Shown in pieces: positions 32,365 through 40,578 of a stretch of 40,578 nt of DNA (position 1 is the stretch's first letter; every line of letters begins with the position of its first letter). The position numbers were made by a program, and so were the translations under genes. The stretch is from Macrostomum lignano. Its lineage: Eukaryota. Under the pieces are notes generated by a model that worked only from the letters and a program-made list of their open reading frames with translations, ran no database searches and was not told the DNA's origin. The stretch is taken from contig NIVC01004610.1 of the NCBI GenBank assembly GCA_002269645.1, forward strand, positions 1 through 40,578, in the 5' to 3' direction.

Positions 32365-32495
32365 AAGGCTGCGTACGGCTGTTCAGTCCAAGGACTGGGG
32401 GGTTGCCACACACACCCTCAATTACCACCAACTAATGCTGGCACCCAATTTACAGATGAGTGAACTGAAGCAAAGCAGAGTTAAGTGTCTTGCTT
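32365..32495 (-). mobile_element. CORE-like SINE fragment
   Basis: AATTTACAGATGAGTGAACTGAAGCAAAGCAGAGTTAAGTGTCTTGC closely resembles the recalled MIR CORE antisense (ATTTTACAGATGAGGAAACTGAGGC...GGTTAAGT.ACTTGC); homologous to 20384-20590. Confidence 0.6.
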
Positions 32496-32746
32496 ATTAC
32501 ATGTTATTACATGTCGCTTGCGTTTTTTGATGGTCTCTAGGCTTGTGAGACTTAAGAGACGCTGCTGTTTTAATATTTGATCAGATAGATCAGTTTGAAA
32601 AGTTTTATAAAATCTAGCTCTCATTGCAATCGAATTTCAAAAAGAGTCGTGAAGTTTGAAAAATAGTTCAAAGATTTGAATGAATTTAAAAATACATTTA
32701 TAATGCAAATTCATGCAAAAACCATGACAGCAAAAAACGAATCTAA

Positions 32747-34402
32747 TTACAAATTTACGTCCAGACTGTACTTCAGCAGAGCCTGCCAAAGTTTTACCCA
32801 CAGGGAATCGAAAAATGCGCTGTCAAAAGCCGTCAGAAAAATGTAATTGACGATGCCCTCAGAAGCCAGGCTGGGTACTATGGTTGTATATCCGTGACCT
32901 CTCCAAAACCCTGCGATTGGAATGTCTAGCGAGGCTGCTAAAACTCCGGCCACGTAAACATCGTCAATCCAGAAGAACTGCTTGAACAGAGAGCACAGGT
33001 AGATGCTGGCGACGTGCTTGGCGTTGAGAATGTAGCCGAAGCCCTCGCAGTAGGTTGGGTAGAAACTGCCGGGAAACTCGTCGTAGCTTACCAACCATTT
33101 TGACATGTAAGGCAACGGAGATCTCTGCGGCTTGGCGCCTCGGGTGGCGGAGCAGTAGAAACTGGATGGAGCGCCCTGGCTCAAGAAGGTCGCCAAGTGT
33201 GCAACGTCCGTGAACGTGTCGTCGTCGACCTTGACGAGATACTTGGCCGACTGGCAGTGTCGCAGGACCCACTCGTACACAGCCAGGTGCTTGATGCTCA
33301 TGTTCCTGTAGTTCTCGGTGTAGTTCAGCTGCACGATGTCGCCGAACCGGTCGCTCTCCGCATCGATCAGAGCCTCGAGCTGCGCTCCGGTCGCTCCGGA
33401 CTCGTCCGAGTCTCCCGACGCTGGTCGGCCGAGAAAGAAGGCCACCTCGATGCGGTACCGTCCGATGTACCTGAGTGATCCCCACGTTCTGCGGATGGTC
33501 GCTCGACGACCGAGGTTCTTCGCGTTGCTGTGAACCGCCACCAATGCCAGCAGGTCGCCCGCGGTGCACAGGTGATCCGCCATGCGCACAAAGTCGTAGG
33601 TTTGCACGTAACGAAGTGCCGGACTCTGGAGGCCTCCGCACTTGCCGGCTGCGCTCTGCAGCTGCTGCTGGGTGACCGCCGAACCCAGCGACTTGAGTTT
33701 AGTCAGCAGCTTTGAGTACAGGCGCGAGTCGCTCGTTCGCTTAATTCGCTCCATGAGAGTTTGTGGCTCAATCGTTTTGTTTTGCTGCGGTTGTTGAGCT
33801 TCTATTTCTTTTGTTGGATTGACGCCTTCGTGTATTGTAGTTTCTTTGTGATCTTTCTGATCAGTGAATGAACCTTTTTGGAACTTTTTTACGTGTTCAC
33901 GACCGTCACTGCTTCCTTTTTGAGACTTCACTTGGGCAACTGGGCCGTCGAATGGATCTTCAAGGATGAAATGTTTTCTATCAGCCAAAAAGTAACCTAT
34001 GTGTTGGGAATCGGCCCTTGCTTCTTTAAACAAATCTTTTCCCATCTCGCCAGTAGTTTTTAGTGGCGGCTTGGGTTTTAAATTATCAAACCTTTTCGGT
34101 GGCTTGTTATAAGTGGTGCCACTGAGTTCAGGCTTCGGTTCTGCTGAAATGCTCTTTAATGATTTACCTTTGTTTAACGATGGTTCTGTCTCAATGACTG
34201 GAGCGCTGAATTGTTTTCTAGGCCGGCCAAGAAATAACTTGCTTCCAAATGACAGCTGCGCAGACAGGGTCAGGGAAATCATTAACAGAAGAAGTAAGTT
34301 CCAATGTCGAAGGCTTAGCTGGAGCAGTAAAGCTGTCCATCGTTGCAGACGGTTGAGCATAGTGAACCGAGAAATAGCTGACACACTCTTTATAAGCTTC
34401 AT
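32747..34402 (-). CDS. GT31-family beta-1,3-galactosyltransferase (B3GALT/brainiac-like), intronless type II membrane protein; start may be Met at 34360
   Basis: N-terminal hydrophobic anchor; RRATIRRTWG, FFLG, ESDRFGDIVQLNYTENYRNMSIK, YLVKVDDDTF (DxD), YPTYCEGFGYIL, IDDVYVAG. Confidence 0.92.
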   Translation of the reverse strand: MKLIKSVSAISRFTMLNRLQRWTALLLQLSLRHWNLLLLLMISLTLSAQLSFGSKLFLGRPRKQFSAPVIETEPSLNKGKSLKSISAEPKPELSGTTYNKPPKRFDNLKPKPPLKTTGEMGKDLFKEARADSQHIGYFLADRKHFILEDPFDGPVAQVKSQKGSSDGREHVKKFQKGSFTDQKDHKETTIHEGVNPTKEIEAQQPQQNKTIEPQTLMERIKRTSDSRLYSKLLTKLKSLGSAVTQQQLQSAAGKCGGLQSPALRYVQTYDFVRMADHLCTAGDLLALVAVHSNAKNLGRRATIRRTWGSLRYIGRYRIEVAFFLGRPASGDSDESGATGAQLEALIDAESDRFGDIVQLNYTENYRNMSIKHLAVYEWVLRHCQSAKYLVKVDDDTFTDVAHLATFLSQGAPSSFYCSATRGAKPQRSPLPYMSKWLVSYDEFPGSFYPTYCEGFGYILNAKHVASIYLCSLFKQFFWIDDVYVAGVLAASLDIPIAGFWRGHGYTTIVPSLASEGIVNYIFLTAFDSAFFDSLWVKLWQALLKYSLDVNL

Positions 34403-35550
34403 TGGGCTCTACGAATCACTAAAAATCTTTTTCTACGCCTCTTTTTATACATCTTTTCTACCTTATGCTCAGCATTATTGTTTGGTTTAAGGTTCGCATT
34501 GTGAGCAAGAAATTTAGTCTCTGCTGTATATTATTCTCAGACAGAGTTTCTGCACGCCAAGCGCTGGGTTCTATTCACCGTGCAAACCTCTCGAGTTCAC
34601 TGGCTGTTGTCCACTGGTGACATAGTTTGTGTTCTCACTCTCTCAAGAGGCTGCATCTGAAGAGTTTGAAAACCTCAAGAGAGTTTTGGCCTTTATTTGA
34701 TGACAGAAAATGTCTTATCTGTGAGATTATTATTAATTACGGCCTGTGCTTGAAGACAGTCAACTCATGTTTTGCGGAAAATGACTTGATTTACCAGACC
34801 TTTCGGAATAATAGTTTGCGATAGCCGAGACTGAATATCAGCCTTTAAGTGAAGTAAGCAAAAATTGAACTTCTGCTCTTACTTTTACCTGCTTTCACAC
34901 CCGCTGTCACTGTCTATGGCAAAACACCTTCATTTCCACTGACCAAGGAGTTCTATAATTAGCAACCTGGAGTGGAAACAAGTTTTTCAGCTTTACCTCG
35001 AGGCCAGACTAGCATAGACAGAGTCGGACAGAGCCATAGACATTCAGTGCTGGCTCCTTTTCTTTACAATTGGCGTGGCCTCATGAGGTAAAACTCGCTT
35101 TCACTCCAGATTGCTACTTATAGAACTCCTTGATTCCACCGACTGACTTCATTTCACACTCGCTGTCACTGTCTATGGCAAAACACTTTCATTTCCACTG
35201 ACCAGGGAGTTCTATAATTAGCAACCTGGAGTGGAAACTAGTTTTTCAGCTTTACCTGGAGGCCAGGGGGTCTTTCTTGAAAGCTACTTACGATCGGCCA
35301 TAGACATAAGTTTCGATAGTCGCACCTACGGTTTGCTCAAAAGAGTCGCAGGTTGACTTAGCGTAAGAGCGGTCGCAACTTTGCGATCTCATAATTTTCC
35401 GCGACAGGCTGTTTCTCGAAACGATCGTATGTCTATGGTCTTTCGTAAGGTGGATCGTAAATCTACGACTGCTCGAAACCGTCGTAAGAAGCATTTTAAT
35501 AGCTACTGAAGGGACGCTATACACAAAGATAGCCAGTGACAGCAAAGATC

Positions 35551-35775
35551 ATGGCGACCAAACGTCAACCTAACTTCTTGCCATGAGAAGAAAAAGTTGT
35601 TGAACGACGTGAACAAGTACTTAGATGTTATAAATTCCAAGGACCAAAAGATCGAAATGCAAAGAAAGAAAAAGGCATGTTGGGAGACCATTACAGCTCA
35701 TGTCAACGCCATTGGTGCGAATATGCAGATGGGAGAAGAATGTCGGAAGAAGTGGTTTCTGTTCAAAAAAACATA
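35551..35775 (+). pseudogene. Harbinger Myb/SANT-like DNA-binding protein, disrupted N-terminal fragment
   Basis: MATKRQPNF / LLNDVNKYLDVI...KKKACWETITAHVNA...EECRKKW; early stop at codon 12. Confidence 0.75.
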
Positions 35776-36273
35776 CTCATTGTTGGTTGGCCTCTTGATA
35801 GCGACATGTGTGCAGTCGATAGCACCAGTGACATGTGGCAGTCCGGCGATCAAATGGAACCCGGCCATGGTCTGATTAATTTCAACGTGGCTCCCAAGAA
35901 AACGTTCAAAATTGTTGAGATGGCTGGCTAGAGCATTAGAGAAAACACCGACAGCACGAGAGGCCGACGCGATGCTAGCGTCCAATGTGTCCCCCATGAC
36001 TCTAAGAAAGGCTCCACTTGCAAAGAACCGCAGTGCAATGCAAACCATAATGATGGGAGTCATGGCGTTGCTCCTTCTTGTCGGTCGTTGACATGAGTCT
36101 CGTACAAGTGTCACAATGTCCAAAATGATGACACGAGGAAATCGATAGCGGTCAATTAGTTCGGAATCGCACATATACAACGGATCAGCATAATCCCGAA
36201 GTCGACGATCACGACCCACTGCACGTTCAGCAGCTCTCATCCGGAGTAGCGCAATCGCAAGCATGAAATCCAT
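35698..36273 (-). pseudogene. Harbinger (HARBI1-like, DDE_Tnp_4) transposase, N-terminal fragment
   Basis: LIDRYRF, IALRFFASG, GLPHVTGAIDCTHV (first catalytic Asp); truncated before the rest of the DDE triad. Confidence 0.88.
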
Positions 36274-36530
36274 TTTCTCAGCTTCTTGAATACACGTATA
36301 TGCTTCTATATAACGTTACTACGCGGCACATATCGTCGGAAACGATACCACCATTGACCATAGACAAGTATTTTTTGCTTCCTGTCAACTTGCGACCTGC
36401 GTAAGTTGCGAGAACTCTAAGTTAGCTTCGAGAAACAGCTATACGACCAATCTTACGGTGAGCGCAAAGTTCTGACTTACGACTACACTTACATAGAACT
36501 TACAATAGTTTCGAGAAAGACCCTCGGAGA

Positions 36531-38319
36531 CCCTATGGTAAGTGCAGGCGTAAGTCCGAACTTTGCGCTTGGCGTAAGACCAGTTGTAAAGCTGTTTCTC
36601 GAAGCTAACCTAGGGTTCTCGCAACTTACGCAGTTCGCAAGTTATCGAGAAGCGAAAAAATGTTGTCTATGGCCGAAGTGGGCAACGATTCCAATGGTTT
36701 TTGTCTGCTTCGGTATATATTCTTTTTGTAAGTATATTTTCGGCATATATGATGCAATGGTCCGTAAGAAACATAAAGCAAAAGTGTCTTCAGGAAGGCA
36801 AACATATATTTAGTAGCTCGTACAAAATAGCAAATAATCAAGATAATAGCAAATAACAGTTTAATCAATTAGCTTCAACCAAGGCTCATCGAATTTTTTA
36901 CTACAATCACTTGAAAAACACCACAACCCTCTCATCGATAATCTCCACCTTGTCGACAGAACGTTTTTTCTCAGCACGTGGTACAGCATCCTGACCTGTC
37001 GATCCAAGAGGTTCAAACGCGAACGTCAATCTGTTGAGAGCTGGAGACAACCATGCAGAGACAAAACAGTTCTAGGGATAGTGCCATCACTGAGGAGTCT
37101 CAGCCATAAGTCGAGCCTGGGAACTGGATGCCTTTATATGTCGTCCAGATTTCATTGTAAATCTTCAGCCGTCAGTATTATTATCAAGTGGTCTCGTAGG
37201 TGTGTCATCGTTATTGACTCTTTTCGCATCTTGAGCTGGCTCCATATCCATAAATAATTGGTCGAACGACAAATCGATTTCGTCAAGACCGACGTACAGC
37301 ACGAGTTGAAAAGTGGTTAAAGCCTGCTCCAGCTAGTCAGCTTGTATGTGTCTTAAGTAATTTTCCAATACTGTATACATTTGTATATGGCATTTGAAAT
37401 TTTGGTAAGCGTCCTGCTCATTGAAATCCATGCAGTTTGGCGTAGGTGAAGTTTACATCAAGGACAACTTGATAACTCAGGACCGGAAACGAGCCAATTC
37501 AAAGCGAAAAAAGTATGAGGCTCGTTTAAAAGCATTGTTCTATGGCCCATCCGTATGCGCATGCTTTCAGTTGCCAATGCATACTCGTAAGTTGTCCTTG
37601 GTTTACATACTATAATAGCATTATAATGCAATGTCTATGGCCAGAAAGTCCTCGGCCGCATTCAATGGTCCTCGGACTTTCTGACCACAGAATGGGCATT
37701 ATAAAGTTATTATCTTATACATATTGGTGCTTAAAATTAATTTCAAAGTTAATTAAATGGACTTCATAGCTCGTACTCGCTACTGTCCTACTGCGTCTGC
37801 ATGTTGCTGACCGCGCATTGGTCGAGATCGTACCCTTCGGGACCACGCTGGTCCTTGCATTATGCGCGATTCTGATCTGATCTGATAGCTCCCAAACTGC
37901 TTTCTTTTCCATTGCATCTCGACTTTTTGGTCTTTAGAATCTGATAGTATCGAGGTACTTGTTTACGTAATTCAACAACTCTTCCTTTTCTCCAGGCGAG
38001 AAGTTGGGTTGGCACTTGGTCGCCATGGTCTTTGCTGCTGTCACTTGCAGTATTAAAGATATCGTACCCTGAGATCTCTTCGATAAGTGCTTCTCACGAC
38101 TGATACCGAGCAGTCGTAGGGTTAAGATTAACCTTACGAAAGACCATAGACATACCAACGTTTCGAGAAACAGTCTTTTGCGCACAAAGTTACGAGCTCG
38201 CAAAGTTGCGATCGATCATAAGTCGTTTCAAGTTGCGAGACTTTCGAGCAAGCCAAGAGCACTTCCTCCCCAACTTACGTCTATGGTCCGATCGTAAGTT
38301 GCTTTCGAGAAAGACCCCC
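36531..38319. mobile_element. PIF/Harbinger element B, diverged relative of A in inverted orientation
   Basis: ~37900-38319 is a diverged reverse complement of 35267-35690, including MATKCQPNFSPGEKEELLNYVNKYLD (ATG 38026); 36535-36680 is an inverted match of 36355-36500. Confidence 0.72.
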
Positions 38320-39477
38320 CAGACTAGCATAGACAGAGTCAGACAGAGCCATAGACATTAAGTGCTGGCTCCTTTTCTGTACAATTGGCGTGGCCTCATG
38401 AGGTAAAACTCGCTTCCACTCCAGATTGCTACTTATAGAACTCCTTGCCACCGACTGACTTCATTTCACACCCCATCACTGTCTATGGCAAAACACCTTT
38501 ATTTTTACCTATTTTACACCCGCCGTTACTGTCTACTACACAAACGGCTAGGCTTAAATCGGTACCTTTAAGTACCTTTTCTGCTTCCTTTTTGGTTCTT
38601 ATTGTGTCCCATTTGGTGCCAATTTAGCCCAGTACGTAGAGTTCGCATTTACCATAGGCTAACAACTGAAATCGCCTGGAAATTCAGCTTTTTCGGTATC
38701 AAATTCGGGTTATTTCGTAGACATAAAACTCCTAAAACACCAGTCACGTATGCATTTGGTATCCTCTCTCTGTTTACCAGACTGATTCTATAACGTATAG
38801 TCCTCTTTGCACCATTATTTACTTTAGGCCTCCTTTACTTGAAGTAGTGTTCGCAGTTAAAACCAAATTGATTTCTGTTGTCTGTGGCTTTCTCTGGTTT
38901 GCTGACGTAAAATCTCTTCTAGGACGCTATAACGTCGAACTGCTGGGAGCCGCCCGATTTGAATGAATAAAAAACAAAAAGAACACGAAAGGTATACTGT
39001 CGGTGCATGCTAATGAGTTTAAGGCACAGACATTGGCATTTGGAAATCTCGCACATTCGTAGAGTAAAGATTAAAAAAAAATGCCAACTTCGCAGCTCTC
39101 AGTTGAAGCATGCAATTATGCAGCTTCCCACGCATTTACCTTTTGACCATATAGACAGTGTATAGTTTGGTTTATAATTAGTGTATTTAAAATGCCAACT
39201 ATAATAAAAATGCTTTGTACAAATACATGTATGTTCCGGCTGAAGTATATTGTACATCTTTATTACAGCACTCTCTAGCCTGCCATAATGGCATTTAGCT
39301 TGCCTAATTAGCATTTCATATTGAATCTGATTGCTTAGCCATATTGGGATTTTTTCAAATGAAATTTTGTAAAAATTGCGAATGAAAAATTTAATTTGAA
39401 GTTTTATAATGAAGTTTAGTCTGGCATCCAACCATCTAGGAAGTAGGGGTAGGGGCGCGCACCAGACAGGGCGCTCA

Positions 39478-39705
39478 CCAAGAGATAGGGCGTCCACCAG
39501 AGACAGGGGCGTCCACCAAGAGACAGGGGCGTCCACCAAGAGACAGGGGCGTCCACCAAGAGACAGGGCGTCCACCAAGAGACAGGGGCGTCCACCAAGA
39601 GACAGGGGCGCCCTCTAAGAGACAGGGCACCCACCGAGAGACAGGGGCACCCACAAGAGACAGGGGCGCCCTCTAAGAGACAGGGGCACCTACCAAGAGA
39701 CGGGG
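39478..39705. repeat. ~20-bp minisatellite (AGAGACAGGGGCGTCCACCA) x ~11, degenerate
   Basis: Read directly. Confidence 0.85.
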
Positions 39706-40052
39706 ACGCCATTAAACAAAACTTAACAGACTTAAATTTTACTACCGAAAAAAGTCCATCGTTAAATAAAAGCGGAGGAGAAACAAGAAAGTTCTATTTG
39801 ACTTGAATTTTGCTCAAATCATTGCTCAAAACTGGTGCTACTATACAGTACATATAAATGCGAGTAACTGAGGTGAGTCTTGCCCTTAACAAAATTGCCA
39901 TCAAGTGCGTCTGAACGAGAGGGAGAGTCTATCGAAGTCAAGGATAGGGATAGCGTACTCAAACGTGCTCAAAACAGCTGCATTTAGCTCGTAGAACAAT
40001 AGTGACTTTCAAAGTGCTTATTCGAGAGGCACGCAAGCCTTGCAGGGGAATT

Positions 40053-40578
40053 TTACAACGCCACATTAAGACTGTGCTGCAATACGGAACGCCACAGTTT
40101 GTGCTGAACAACATCAAAAAAGTCGCTGCGCTCTGCGGTCAGAAAATGTAGTCCACTATTGCTTCGGACGCAAGACTCGGCACCAAAGGGGCGTATCCGT
40201 GACCTCTCCAGAACCCGGATATTGGGACACCCGTTGATGTTGCTAAAATTCCGTAACGTAAACATCGTCAATCCAGAAGAACGGCTTGAACAGAGAGCAC
40301 AGGTAGATGCTGGCGACGTGCTTAGCGTTGAGAATGTAGCCGAAGCCTCGCAGTAGGTGGTAGAACTGCCGGGAAACTCGCGATAACTAACAGACCGATT
40401 TTGCTTTGCGAGGAAATCTTTGTGGTCTCGCGCTTCTGGTGGCGGAGCAGTAGAAACCGGATGGAGCACCCTGGCTCAGGAAGGTCGCCAAGTGCGCAAC
40501 GTCCGTGAACGTGTCGTCGTCGACCTTGACGAGATACTTGGCCGACTGGCAGTGTCGCAGGATCCACTCGTACACAGC
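40053..40578 (-). pseudogene. Second GT31 galactosyltransferase paralog, 3' part, frameshifted; 5' part outside the window
   Basis: VYEWILRHCQSAKYLVKVDDDTFTDVAHLATFLSQGAP is nearly identical to the first copy; several 1-bp deletions downstream; distinct C-terminus LQHSLNVAL*. Confidence 0.8.

Larger units (their letters stand above)
35267..36523. mobile_element. PIF/Harbinger element A, internally deleted
   Basis: Termini GGGGTCTTTCTTGAAAG / TTTCGAGAAAGACCC; convergent Myb-like and transposase 5' fragments. Confidence 0.8.
34889..38500. repeat. Two tandem ~260-bp palindromic MITE-like units; the second is interrupted by the Harbinger insertion
   Basis: Unit 1 ~34889-35147; unit 2 ~35148-35266 continues at 38320-38458; a third unit start follows. 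Each unit has ~70-bp inverted repeats (GGAGTTCTATAA...TTATAGAACTCC). Confidence 0.75.

Noticed and set aside
36860-37760. Possible captured coding sequence inside Harbinger B
   Set aside because: Protein-like in places on the minus strand, but broken by stops and with no motif I can name.

Overview
Eukaryotic (invertebrate metazoan) genomic DNA, not prokaryotic: GT-AG spliced genes sit among many transposable elements and minisatellites. Composition is reminiscent of a flatworm such as Macrostomum, but this is unverified inference. Host genes: (1) a six-exon minus-strand gene whose exons splice in phase to join ~11 ankyrin repeats to a Mab-21/cGAS-like (cGLR) nucleotidyltransferase, with one in-frame TAG; (2) a four-exon METTL27/WBSCR27-like SAM methyltransferase; (3) an intronless GT31 beta-1,3-galactosyltransferase, plus a frameshifted paralog running off the right edge. 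Mobile DNA: an intact RTE-type LINE with an 8-bp TSD; a full-length Ngaro-type tyrosine-recombinase retrotransposon with split direct repeats; a hAT-like non-autonomous element filled with a 21-bp minisatellite; an inverted pair of Harbinger elements inside a tandem MITE-like repeat; CORE-like SINE fragments; and degenerate LINE ends. The most unusual structure is an 8.3-kb non-coding foldback element (23752-32052) with ~3.85-kb near-identical inverted arms, a 609-bp spacer, ACTACT...AGTAGT termini and a 6-bp TSD. All calls were made by eye from motifs; no database searches were run.
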